A DNA stretch of 64,000 nucleotides, from contig JBBTTD010000002.1 of the NCBI GenBank assembly GCA_038064415.1, forward strand, positions 8,865 through 72,864. The letters are read 5' to 3'. The DNA is from Patescibacteria group bacterium. Its GTDB lineage: Bacteria > Patescibacteriota > Minisyncoccia > Phycocordibacterales > PALSA-1337. Below the pieces are notes generated by a model that saw nothing but the letters and a program-made list of their open reading frames with translations, did no database searches and was not told the DNA's origin. Every line of letters begins with the position of its first letter. Within the stretch, counting starts at the first letter, position 1. Below are positions 1-8,974 of this stretch, piece by piece. The position numbers and the translations under genes were made by a program.

Positions 1-384
1 ATATGCTGGGAAAAGGTTGAAAAATGCGTGAGATAAATATTGCGTGGTATTATTAAAAGCTGTAATAACTTGCGATCTGCCGGATTCGTCAATCAAATAC
101 GCGTACATATTTTGGACTTCAGAATATATTTTAGCGGAGATAAAAAGCGCTGGGACAAAAATGATTATGGTAATGATTATCAAAGTTACCAGCGCGCCAA
201 AACTGCTTCGTTCTTTGTCTTTAAATAACCAGCGCACCACTAAACGATGAATTGGTCCAAAAACTACTGCTAATGCTATAGCCAAGACAATTGGCGTTAA
301 AAATGGCAAGAATATTAAAATCGCCAAGACAACAGCGGCTAGTAAAAGTCCAAAGAAGAAATGGCTTGGTGAAGCGGGAATCAT
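1..384 (-). CDS. Membrane protein, N-terminal part (AI-2E/PerM-like transporter family?); gene runs off the window start
   Basis: Minus-strand ATG at 382-384, open to position 1, not in the ORF track because it is truncated. Manual translation gives MIPASPSHFFFGLLLAAVVLAILIFLPFLTPIVLAIALAVVFGPIHRLVVRWLFKDKERSSFGALVTLIIITIIIF, i.e. successive TM helices typical of AI-2E family N-termini. Confidence 0.35.
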   Translation of the reverse strand, partial: MIPASPSHFFFGLLLAAVVLAILIFLPFLTPIVLAIALAVVFGPIHRLVVRWLFKDKERSSFGALVTLIIITIIIFVPALFISAKIYSEVQNMYAYLIDESGRSQVITAFNNTTQYLSHAFFNLFPAY

Positions 385-425
385 GACTATAGATTACCAC
401 ATGTTTTGATTTTTGTGAATTGAGT

Positions 426-695
426 TTATTTTCTTTGTCCTAGCTTATCTATTTTTTTACCAAGATCTTTTCCGAGATTACCTATTTTACTATCAAGATC
501 ATCAATTTTCATTACTAATCTTTTATCAAGACCAACTACTTTACTATCAAGCCCGTCAATTCTCATTACTAATCTCTTTTCGAGACCATCAAACTTTTCA
601 TTGATAGTATAAACTGCACTTCTCAGATTTCTTTCTGATTCATCAATTGTAACTCTTTTTTCTTGCATAATAGTATGTTGTTTATTCATAAGCAT
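426..695 (-). CDS. Hypothetical coiled-coil protein with internal ~18-aa tandem repeats
   Basis: 89-aa ORF with repeats (LEKRLVMRIDGLDSKVVG / LDKRLVMKIDDLDSKIGN) encoded by imperfect ~54-nt DNA tandem repeats at ~450-600. Confidence 0.4.
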   Translation of the reverse strand: MLMNKQHTIMQEKRVTIDESERNLRSAVYTINEKFDGLEKRLVMRIDGLDSKVVGLDKRLVMKIDDLDSKIGNLGKDLGKKIDKLGQRK

Positions 696-821
696 AATTT
701 TTATTTAATTAACTAACAATCATCACTCCCTCGCAGATAGAAGTAACTTATTACTAGAATTGTACCAACCAAAAAAAATTGCACAAGTTCACAGTGCGCA
801 AAAAATGTTTTGTAATAGTTT

Positions 822-989
822 TTAAACTAAGTCTTTATTAAAATCCTCGTATTTATTTTCTTTACCACACCAAGGACAATACCAGTCCTTTTTTTCTAAA
901 GGTATGTCGCCGACAGTCCACCATTTTTTACAAAATATACAATGAAAATGGTTTAGAATTTCGGTTGATTTTTTACTTATTTTGACCAT
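822..989 (-). CDS. Small zinc-ribbon protein (CxxC...CxxC)
   Basis: ORF in the track, with a likely start at internal Met (MVKISKK, ATG at 987-989). Motifs CIFCKK and CPWCGKE are spaced ~19 aa apart. It overlaps the last ~17 nt of secA in another frame. Confidence 0.35.
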   Translation of the reverse strand: MVKISKKSTEILNHFHCIFCKKWWTVGDIPLEKKDWYCPWCGKENKYEDFNKDLV

Positions 990-3684
990 GACACTTTTTA
1001 TATTTCTTCCCAGATCCGCACGGACACGGATCATTCCTGCCCACTTCCGCTTCTTTTTTAATTAACTGTGAATTATTTGATTCATCACCAGCGCCAATCA
1101 TTTGAGCATTTTCATGAACTTCTTTGAGATTTTTTTGTTCAGAATCAACGGGCATGCCATTTACCATCGGAACTATGTGTGGCAAAACTTTGATCACTTG
1201 CGCCTGCATTGCTCCTTGCATTTCTTTGAAAAGGCGTAAACCTTCTTTTTTATATTCAACTAATGGATCACGCTGGCCGTAAGCGCGTAAATTGACGCTA
1301 GAACGAGTATAATCCATGACTTCTAGGTGTTCCACCCAATACATATCAATGGCTTGCAGAAGCACAATCCTGACCGCATTTAGGAAATCTTCACGACCGA
1401 ATTCGGCGATTTTTTTATTGATAATTGAATTGATGTCGGGCGTGGTTGGTGAAAGCGAATCCGAAGGACGCTTCGGAGCGAGCGAAGGCGAGTGAGAACC
1501 AGACGCGGCGCGAGCACGCACCGACGGCGTGTCCTGAGGAACGCTTTCACCAACCACGTCTGTAAGTTCATTCAACTCTTCTTCTACATCATCAGCATTT
1601 CCAAGTAATAATTTTCGGCGTCGTGAATAAATACTGGTTCGCTGATGGTTGATAACATCATCAAATTCCAAAACATGTTTGCGCGAATCAAAGTTAAATC
1701 CTTCAATTTTTTCTTGAGCGCTTTCCAATGAACGAGAAATTAACTTATGCTCAATCGGAACATCATCAGCCGCGCCAAGTTTGCCCATCATGGTTTTCAA
1801 CATGTCAGAAGCAAAAACACGCATCAAAGTATCTTCAAGCGAGACGAAAAATTGCGTCTCGCCAGGATCACCTTGACGACCCGAACGACCACGCAACTGA
1901 TTGTCAATTCGGCGTGCTTCATGTCTTTCGGTTCCAAGAACAAATAATCCACCTGATTTTTTAATTTCAATATATGTTTCAGAAGTATTTGGGTTTCCGC
2001 CAAGCTTGATGTCCACTCCACGACCCGCCATGTTTGTGGCAATTGTAACCGCGCCCTTTTTACCAGCTTGAGCGATAATTTCACCTTCACGCTCATGGTT
2101 TTTGGCATTGAGCATTTGATGAGGAATACCTTCAGATTTCAAAAATTGCGAAAGTAATTCATTTTTTTCAATGGAGACCGTTCCAATCAATACTGGTTGA
2201 CCCTTGGCGTGAAGTTCTTTGACTTTGCGAGCAACAGCTTTGAATTTACCAAGTTCTGTCTGAAAAATCTGGTCATTACTGTCAATACGAATTTGCATAG
2301 CATTCGTCGGAACGACAAAAACTTCCAACCCATAGACTTTATAAAACTCTTCTGAAGAGGTTGCCGCCGTACCTGTCATTCCAGCTAATTTTGGATACAT
2401 TCTGAAAAAGTTCTGAAATGTAATTGAGGCGTAAGTCCGTGATTCTTGCTGAATACTTACTCCCTCTTTGGCTTCAATCGCCTGATGCAAACCATCAGAC
2501 CAACGACGACCTGGTTGCATGCGTCCAGTAAACTCATCAACAATGACGATTTGATTATCTTTGACAACATATTCTTTATCTTTATTGTACAAAGCTTGGG
2601 CCTTTATGGCGGTCTCCAAATGATGCGCGGATTTGATGCCTCTGTCAGTATAAATATTATCTATTCCCAAAATTTTTTCAGCTTTGGTAATTCCGACTGA
2701 TGTCAGCGAAATTGAGCGATGTTTTTCTTCAACAATGTAGTCTTCATCTTTTTTGAATGATCGGACCATTGCGGCAAACTGTTTGTAGATCGCTTCAGCA
2801 TCACGAGTTGGCGCGGAAATAATTAAAGGCGTTCGGGCTTCGTCAATCAAAATAGAGTCAATTTCATCAACAATCGCGTAGTTTGGTTCACGCTGACGCA
2901 ATTTGTCTGGACTATACTCCAAATTATCTCTCAAATAATCAAAACCAAATTCATTGTTAGTTCCATAGGTAATGTCGGCGGCGTAAGCTTCCCGGCGTGT
3001 ACAAGGTCGCAAAAATTCGTGAACAACTTTGAAAGCGCCGAGTTGGTCGCGTTCAGTATCAAGTTTGTCTTCTTTTGTATCTTTGGGGTTTTGAATTTCT
3101 GGTTTTGAATTTGTCTCGGATTTTGGATTTTGAATTTCAGTCTTATTTTTATGCGCTGGATCATACAAAAATGAAGCCTCATTATTTATCACGGCAACCG
3201 ATAAACCAAGAAAAGAATAGACCTGACCCATCCAGACCGCGTCGCGTCGTGACAAATAGTCGTTTACGGTAACGACATGAATTCCTTTTCCAGTAAGCGC
3301 GTTCAAATATGTCGGTAGAGTCGCCACTAAAGTTTTTCCTTCACCAGTTCTCATCTCTGCGATGGCCCCAGAATTCAAAACCATGCCTCCAAGAAGTTGG
3401 ACATCAAAATGTCTTTGACCCAAGGTCCTGCGCGCCGCCTCACGGACAACAGCGAATGCATCGGGAAGAATCTCATTTAAAATCGCTTCAATTTTTGGAT
3501 CATTGGCTTTCAGATCTAATCTCTTCTTGAATTCATCCGTTTTCGCCCTTAATTGATCATCAGAGAGTGCTTGGATTGTCGCTTCAAGCGCGTTGATTTG
3601 CCCGACAATTGGCTGAAACTGCTTCAAGTTTCGGGTATGTGAATTTCCCTTTAATCTATCCCAAAATGACATAATAAGAGCCAC
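973..3684 (-). CDS. secA: Preprotein translocase ATPase SecA
   Basis: 903 aa. Matches SecA throughout: Walker A (MRTGEGKT), REAYAADITYGTNNEFGFDYLRDN, GRSGRQGDPG, DMYWVEHL, and a C-terminal zinc finger (CPCGSGKKYKKCHG). It carries two unusual insertions (see findings). Confidence 0.95.
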   Translation of the reverse strand: MALIMSFWDRLKGNSHTRNLKQFQPIVGQINALEATIQALSDDQLRAKTDEFKKRLDLKANDPKIEAILNEILPDAFAVVREAARRTLGQRHFDVQLLGGMVLNSGAIAEMRTGEGKTLVATLPTYLNALTGKGIHVVTVNDYLSRRDAVWMGQVYSFLGLSVAVINNEASFLYDPAHKNKTEIQNPKSETNSKPEIQNPKDTKEDKLDTERDQLGAFKVVHEFLRPCTRREAYAADITYGTNNEFGFDYLRDNLEYSPDKLRQREPNYAIVDEIDSILIDEARTPLIISAPTRDAEAIYKQFAAMVRSFKKDEDYIVEEKHRSISLTSVGITKAEKILGIDNIYTDRGIKSAHHLETAIKAQALYNKDKEYVVKDNQIVIVDEFTGRMQPGRRWSDGLHQAIEAKEGVSIQQESRTYASITFQNFFRMYPKLAGMTGTAATSSEEFYKVYGLEVFVVPTNAMQIRIDSNDQIFQTELGKFKAVARKVKELHAKGQPVLIGTVSIEKNELLSQFLKSEGIPHQMLNAKNHEREGEIIAQAGKKGAVTIATNMAGRGVDIKLGGNPNTSETYIEIKKSGGLFVLGTERHEARRIDNQLRGRSGRQGDPGETQFFVSLEDTLMRVFASDMLKTMMGKLGAADDVPIEHKLISRSLESAQEKIEGFNFDSRKHVLEFDDVINHQRTSIYSRRRKLLLGNADDVEEELNELTDVVGESVPQDTPSVRARAASGSHSPSLAPKRPSDSLSPTTPDINSIINKKIAEFGREDFLNAVRIVLLQAIDMYWVEHLEVMDYTRSSVNLRAYGQRDPLVEYKKEGLRLFKEMQGAMQAQVIKVLPHIVPMVNGMPVDSEQKNLKEVHENAQMIGAGDESNNSQLIKKEAEVGRNDPCPCGSGKKYKKCHGQNK
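1441..1558. repeat. GC-rich palindromic element inserted in-frame within secA
   Basis: Perfect 17-bp inverted arms CGTGGTTGGTGAAAGCG (1441-1457) and CGCTTTCACCAACCACG (1542-1558) flank an 84-nt segment of ~65% GC with an inner hairpin CCGAAG-GACG-CTTCGG. It encodes an atypical Ser/Pro/Ala-rich SecA segment (VVGESVPQDTPSVRARAASGSHSPSLAPKRPSDSLSPTTP). Confidence 0.55.
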
Positions 3685-3711
3685 TTTAGCACATTTTGAG
3701 GAATTAAAAAA

Positions 3712-4791
3712 CTAATTAACCCACTCAACTTCACCCTCAATAGCAATCCCAGTTTTTTCTTTTACTCGTCCCATCAAGTTGCGCGCGAAAGCGACAACTT
3801 CTTCTGATGTCGCGCCGGATTTGGAAACTAAGACTAAAGCATGTCTTTCATAAGTCCCGACATTTCCAATAGTCAAACCTTTGGCATCGCAAATTTTATC
3901 CAAGATCCATCCAAGAGAAACTTTAATTCGTCCATCTGGTTCGGAAAAACCGGGAAGATCGGGGTATTTTTTCGTCAGTTCGGCAAACTTATCCATAGAA
4001 ATTATCGGGTTTTTGAAAAAAGATCCAGCTGTTCCCCACTTTTTCCAGTCTGGTAATTTGATTGCGCGGATTTTAATTACAGCTTGCCGTACTTGATCTA
4101 GAGTCGGCATAAGTGGTCGCTGAATATTTGCCATCCGATTGTCCACCCTTTTCAAAAGGTCATTATCTGAAGTCTGGAATTTATCAAAATATACCCGCAA
4201 ATCCTCATACTCAATATTTACGTTCCCGTTTTTGATAAGTCTAAAATCAACTCTAGTGATGATATAACGACCTTTTTGGCGTTTGAAAACACTATCACGA
4301 TATTCAAATTTACAGTCATCATTAGAAAAATCCACAAACTTCATTGTATTGGTGTCAAAAGCATGAACCGTCAAAATAGAACTGGAAACATCACAACCAT
4401 AAGCGCCGATATTTTGAACGGGTGTCGCGCCGACCGTGCCTGGAATTGAAGATAAATTTTCTATGCCATAAAACCCTTGTTTTACAGCATAATCAACAAA
4501 ATCGTCCCAAACTTCACCCGCGCCAACGGAAAGTAGCGAGGAGAGACCTCGCTGATCAATCCCCTTTATTTCCATCTTAATAACTAATCCAGCGAAACCA
4601 TAATCTCCAACTAAAATATTTGAACCACCACCCAACACAAAAATCGCTAACCTTTTACCTTCAGCAAACCGCACCGCTTCAACTAATTCTTCTTCTTTTG
4701 TAACCTGACAAAAAAAGCGGGCTGGGCCGCCTATTTTGAAAGTCGTATAAGACGCAAGTTTTATATTTTCCTCTATTTTAATCATTGTCAT
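3712..4791 (-). CDS. murB: UDP-N-acetylenolpyruvoylglucosamine reductase (MurB)
   Basis: 359 aa. FAD-binding N-terminal region (YTTFKIGGPARFF...VLGGGSNILV) and a MurB C-terminal domain. Confidence 0.85.
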   Translation of the reverse strand: MTMIKIEENIKLASYTTFKIGGPARFFCQVTKEEELVEAVRFAEGKRLAIFVLGGGSNILVGDYGFAGLVIKMEIKGIDQRGLSSLLSVGAGEVWDDFVDYAVKQGFYGIENLSSIPGTVGATPVQNIGAYGCDVSSSILTVHAFDTNTMKFVDFSNDDCKFEYRDSVFKRQKGRYIITRVDFRLIKNGNVNIEYEDLRVYFDKFQTSDNDLLKRVDNRMANIQRPLMPTLDQVRQAVIKIRAIKLPDWKKWGTAGSFFKNPIISMDKFAELTKKYPDLPGFSEPDGRIKVSLGWILDKICDAKGLTIGNVGTYERHALVLVSKSGATSEEVVAFARNLMGRVKEKTGIAIEGEVEWVN

Positions 4792-4913
4792 TATTCTCTT
4801 TGCGCCAAATGATGGCGACGGGTGCGAGCTCCAAATAAAATGTTTAAATTTATGTGAGTACAGCCGTCGCCGTCACTTGGTACAATCTTCCATTAGTATA
4901 TCGTGTCAACCTA

Positions 4914-5069
4914 AAAAAGTGAACAGGGCGTGTGGGTATTTTTCTGAGACGAGTATGCGATTGGTGCGTCAGTCTATTGTATGGCAAGGCAGACATTCTT
5001 GGCAGACCACGAAATTGGAAGACGAATACGCAGTCTCAGAAAAATACCCACACACCCTGTTCACTTTTT
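4914..5069. repeat. Long near-perfect inverted repeat (37-bp arms, 1 mismatch, 82-nt spacer); candidate structured RNA or MITE-like element
   Basis: Arm 4914-4950 (AAAAAGTGAACAGGGCGTGTGGGTATTTTTCTGAGAC) is the reverse complement of 5033-5069 except for one C/A mismatch. It lies in the GC-richer 426-nt gap between two minus-strand genes. A second hairpin (GATGGCGACGG...CCGTCGCCGTC) sits at ~4822-4880. Confidence 0.6.
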
Positions 5070-5217
5070 CCCCATCACGCAAAAGGCCGCCGAGGGCGGC
5101 ACTTTGCGAAACATTTAATATCTGGAAATGCCCACACGAGCACTCACTGAACCAGTGTATCATAATTGGACCTGACAATCAACAGGTTGTCCACAGGTTA
5201 AGGTCAGGCCTCCACAT

Positions 5218-7485
5218 CTATTTCTTCCCTGCCTGTATATCCTTTATGGCAGACTCTATCTGGGTTTTTAGTTCAGGATTGTCTTTCTCCAAGGCACGAA
5301 GTGTTTCTATAGCTGCCCAAGATTGACCGCTAGCATACTGCGTCTGCGCGAGCTTCGCTCTAAGTTGTATATTTGTTTTATCCGCCGCGACTAATTTCTG
5401 ATATATAGCTATAGCTTTGGGATACTCTTTGATGGAGACATACGCTTGAGCTATGCGTTCAGTTTCAAATAATGTCGGATCATCACCAAACAATTTTTTG
5501 GCTTCTGCTTCTTTGTCGTTAAAAATAAGGCCAATTATATAAGCTGACTTAGCTTCTTCAAATGTCGGATCTGATTCGTATGCTTGTTTCAATAAAGCGA
5601 CAGCTTCATCTTTTTTACCGACATTAATATAGACTGTGGCTAATTGAAAAGCTACTGACTGCTTTGCTGGAGTCAATTCGTGGGCCTTTACGAGTAATGG
5701 TTCTGATTGAGCAAACTGTCCAACTGAATTCATGAACGAACCTCCCAGAACATACATACGCGCGTCCTTTGGAGCGATTGCGATTTGCGCTTCAATAACT
5801 TTGTTTGCCAAATCAAAAAATGCTTGCTTCGTGGGACCCGGGTATTGGCCGCTAATAACATTACCGGCGCAAGCAAGCACTTGCTCTCTAGTTTCTTGAT
5901 TGGCCATGTAAGAGTTTATGGAGAATATTTTGTCAAATAGAGTTACATCCGCGCCCAGATTCTTACTATCATTACAAGCGGTAAGAGCTTTGATCAAACC
6001 AGTATTAGCTTGAATTGGTCGCACATTCAGAAAATACAGACTTCCAACTAGAGCAACTAAAACTATTGGAGCAACTATATACTCAACCGCATCGGTGCTG
6101 AAAGTCTTATTTTCCAGCCATACTGAAATTTTTGAGGGTGATTTTTGAGATAAGATTTGACCCCCATTCTTGACAGAAGTAATAGATTTGCGATTTGAGA
6201 TTGAAGAAGAACCCACAAAACCAAGAATAGCAAAGAAGAAAACATAACTCGCGAGGTTATCAAACACGAAAATATTGTGTATCGCATATCCAGCAATCAG
6301 TCCGGTCAAAACACTTTTTTGCGCGATGCTCAATTGTGATCGTCTCCAGATTGCAATCAGAGCCAGTACATATAAAGCAAGATATGCGATCAGACCGACG
6401 AAACCTGAAGCTACCAGCCAATCTAGAAAAACGCTGTGGGCGCGGTCAAACCATTGTTCTTGAGCCCACATCTCTGGCTCATAGTTCGCGTTAAAGATAT
6501 AGTTGAAATTCTCTTGCCCCCAACCGAAAATTGGGCGTTCTAGGGCACCAGAAATGGCCATTGGCCAAATGTAGCCTCGAGCTTGAGTCTTGGTATCATT
6601 CCAAGAAATTGTGGCTAGACGATTCAATACTTCGTTGTCTTGAATAAAAGTAGAGGTACGATTCATCCAGAAAACTACACCAATCAGTATGATCACAACT
6701 ATTACACTCCCTGAAATCCAGCGAGATTTTTTTAATTCGCCTCTGCCAAAAATTGCGTATAAAGCCAAAGACAACATAATACCACCAATCAAACCAAGAG
6801 CAGTACCACGAGTCTGGGTTTCAAAGATAATAAAACCAAATAATACAGCTAGAATCGGATATACCCATTGCAAAAATCCCGAATTAATTATTTGTTTTAC
6901 TCTTGCGACAAAGGACATGTACACCGCAATACCAATATGCATCAACATATAGACAGCCATGTATGCGGCGTTGCCGAGGGAGGCGTCAATACGGGTACTA
7001 CCCTGGTGAACAGTCGCATTACCAGTCAATTGTAGTATGCCATAAATTGAGATAACAAAAGCAATGACTAAAGAAAAATTAAACCAGCGGTGCCACATTC
7101 TTTTTCCTTCTTCTCCAAAACCAAACAAATGTGTAGCAGTCATGTAAAACATCCAGAGGTGAATCACAACCAACCATCCTTCCATTCGTTCAAAGTTTGA
7201 TACGATACTACGGATTGAGTTGACTCCTAATAGGTCAGCAACTAAAGCAATCAAAGCAAATAAACTCACGCCAATCGTAAGTGCCGTAAATTTTGGTCGA
7301 TACTTTGCATCAAGAAAAGCTAAAATAATCCAACTGGCAAAGGCTAGTTCTACTAGAATACGGAAATAAAACGCTTTACCTGTGATAAATGGAAAAAAGT
7401 ATGAATTGGCAACAATTAGTGGAAAGATTGGGATTAGAAAAATGGCAACTATCGAAATTGAGCGTAAGATTTTCTGAAGATTCAT
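5218..7485 (-). CDS. O-antigen ligase/polymerase-like polytopic membrane protein with C-terminal TPR repeats
   Basis: 755 aa. About 10-12 TM helices in the N-terminal two-thirds (Wzy/WaaL-like O-antigen ligase domain architecture). The C-terminal ~250 aa is TPR-like repeats (AQAYVSIKEYPKAIAIYQKLV...). Confidence 0.6.
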   Translation of the reverse strand: MNLQKILRSISIVAIFLIPIFPLIVANSYFFPFITGKAFYFRILVELAFASWIILAFLDAKYRPKFTALTIGVSLFALIALVADLLGVNSIRSIVSNFERMEGWLVVIHLWMFYMTATHLFGFGEEGKRMWHRWFNFSLVIAFVISIYGILQLTGNATVHQGSTRIDASLGNAAYMAVYMLMHIGIAVYMSFVARVKQIINSGFLQWVYPILAVLFGFIIFETQTRGTALGLIGGIMLSLALYAIFGRGELKKSRWISGSVIVVIILIGVVFWMNRTSTFIQDNEVLNRLATISWNDTKTQARGYIWPMAISGALERPIFGWGQENFNYIFNANYEPEMWAQEQWFDRAHSVFLDWLVASGFVGLIAYLALYVLALIAIWRRSQLSIAQKSVLTGLIAGYAIHNIFVFDNLASYVFFFAILGFVGSSSISNRKSITSVKNGGQILSQKSPSKISVWLENKTFSTDAVEYIVAPIVLVALVGSLYFLNVRPIQANTGLIKALTACNDSKNLGADVTLFDKIFSINSYMANQETREQVLACAGNVISGQYPGPTKQAFFDLANKVIEAQIAIAPKDARMYVLGGSFMNSVGQFAQSEPLLVKAHELTPAKQSVAFQLATVYINVGKKDEAVALLKQAYESDPTFEEAKSAYIIGLIFNDKEAEAKKLFGDDPTLFETERIAQAYVSIKEYPKAIAIYQKLVAADKTNIQLRAKLAQTQYASGQSWAAIETLRALEKDNPELKTQIESAIKDIQAGKK

Positions 7486-7594
7486 AGATGTTTATAATCA
7501 AATATTATTAAAGAAGTACAGCTTAATATAGCATGTAGATTTGTAAAATACCATTGTCATGAAAGATTGGCGCTAAAATTTAACTTGACACTAC

Positions 7595-7622
7595 TTGACA
7601 CCTTTTGACACTTTGATATAAT
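7595..7622 (+). promoter_or_regulatory. Sigma70-like promoter within 3 direct TTGACAC repeats (10-bp phasing), possible operator
   Basis: TTGACA occurs at 7585, 7595 and 7605. The copy at 7595-7600 is 16 nt upstream of TATAAT at 7617-7622, followed by the HTH gene ATG at 7629. Confidence 0.5.
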
Positions 7623-7628
7623 AGACAA

Positions 7629-7877
7629 ATGGTAAATGAAATCAAGCCAAATGGAATTTATACAACCAGCGAGACGCAAAGCTACTTGCGTATAAGTGAA
7701 AGCACGATCAAGAGAATGCTGAAGAAAGGTCTGATTCGTGCTAACAAGGTTGGTGGACAGTATAGAATTCTTGGAAAAGAGATCTTACGTGTCCTATCAC
7801 CTGATTTGGAAAAGGAGGCAATTAAATCATACTTGGATCTCAAGAAAAAAGTCGTAAAAAAGATAAATAGATGGTAA
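7629..7877 (+). CDS. Helix-turn-helix DNA-binding protein (excisionase/MerR-like HTH_17 type)
   Basis: 82 aa. Motif [37 protein letters not shown] is typical of excisionase-family HTH domains. It is the first gene of the glycan island. Confidence 0.6.
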   Translation: MVNEIKPNGIYTTSETQSYLRISESTIKRMLKKGLIRANKVGGQYRILGKEILRVLSPDLEKEAIKSYLDLKKKVVKKINRW

Positions 7878-8974
7878 AATCAAAAACTATGAAAAAGAAA
7901 ACGACAAGGAACGCCAAAAGAAAAAAAGCGCTTATTACAGGAATTACTGGTCAGGATGGATCATACCTTGCAGAACTTCTTATTGAAAAAGGATATGAAG
8001 TACACGGACTCATGAGACGATCGAGCTCATTTAACACTTCTCGTATTGATCATCTTTTTCAAGATCCACATACCAAAGGGAAACTATTCACTGGGAGTTT
8101 TGGCGACCTTTCCGACGCAAGCAACCTCTCGCGCCTTATTGAATCTCTAAAGCCAGACGAAATCTACAATCTTGGCGCACAGAGTCATGTGAGAGTAAGT
8201 TTTGATATCCCTGAATATACAGCTGATGTAGTTGGATTGGGAACACTTCGTCTCTTGGATGCAATTAGAGAAAGTGGGGTTAAGACAAAATTTTACCAAG
8301 CCTCGTCCTCTGAAATGTTTGGAAAAGTAACGGAAATTCCTCAAACTGAAAATACCCCTTTCCATCCTCGTTCACCATATGCAGTAGCAAAAGTATTCTC
8401 ATATTGGATCACCAGAAATTATCGTGAGTCATATAATCTTTTCGCGGTAAATGGGATTCTTTTTAATCACGAATCTCCTCGCCGAGGAAAGACATTCGTC
8501 ACTAAGAAAATTACCCGGGGATTAGCACGTATTAAGCTAGGACTTGATGAAAAATTATACCTTGGAAACCTTGATGCAAAACGCGATTGGGGACATGCAA
8601 AAGATTATGTATACGGCATGTGGTTAATGCTCCAACAAGACAAACCAGATGACTACATACTTGCGACTGGTGAAAATCATTCTGTACGTGAATTCGTTGA
8701 AGAAGTTGCAAAATACTTTGACATCGATCTGATGTGGAGAGGAAAAGGAGTAAAAGAAAAAGGAATTGACAAAAAAACTGGTAAAATAATCATTGAGATT
8801 GATCCTATATATTTTAGGCCAGCTGAAGTTGACCTGCTCATTGGTGATGCATCAAAAGCAAGAAAAAAGCTTGGATGGAAACCTAAAATTCGTTTTAAAG
8901 AATTAGTAAGATTGATGTGCGAACATGATCTGAAAGAAGAAAAATATGCAAAGCAAATTCTTGCAAATGAATAA
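7871..8974 (+). CDS. gmd: GDP-mannose 4,6-dehydratase
   Basis: Near-colinear match to Gmd: [77 protein letters not shown]. Confidence 0.95.
   Translation: MVKSKTMKKKTTRNAKRKKALITGITGQDGSYLAELLIEKGYEVHGLMRRSSSFNTSRIDHLFQDPHTKGKLFTGSFGDLSDASNLSRLIESLKPDEIYNLGAQSHVRVSFDIPEYTADVVGLGTLRLLDAIRESGVKTKFYQASSSEMFGKVTEIPQTENTPFHPRSPYAVAKVFSYWITRNYRESYNLFAVNGILFNHESPRRGKTFVTKKITRGLARIKLGLDEKLYLGNLDAKRDWGHAKDYVYGMWLMLQQDKPDDYILATGENHSVREFVEEVAKYFDIDLMWRGKGVKEKGIDKKTGKIIIEIDPIYFRPAEVDLLIGDASKARKKLGWKPKIRFKELVRLMCEHDLKEEKYAKQILANE

Noticed and set aside
40-250. Plus-strand ORFs 40..228 and 44..250
   Set aside because: They are opposite the minus-strand membrane-protein gene (1..384), which translates into clean TM helices.
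4792-5217. Possibility that the region encodes RNase P RNA, tmRNA, SRP RNA or 6S RNA
   Set aside because: I looked for the hallmark motifs: GGAAAGTCCGG and GGTAAGAGC for RNase P, a tRNA-like TTCGA end plus tag ORF for tmRNA, and GGAAGGAAGCAGC for SRP. None is present on either strand. Only a weak CAAGGCAGA match to SRP RNA was seen.
4877-5326. 149-aa plus-strand ORF (and overlapping 72-aa and 69-aa ORFs) across the GC-rich intergenic region
   Set aside because: It spans both arms of the 37-bp inverted repeat, so the protein would be forced to contain mirror-image peptide segments. It also overlaps the 3-prime end of the 5218..7485 gene. The composition reflects the palindromic element, not coding signal.
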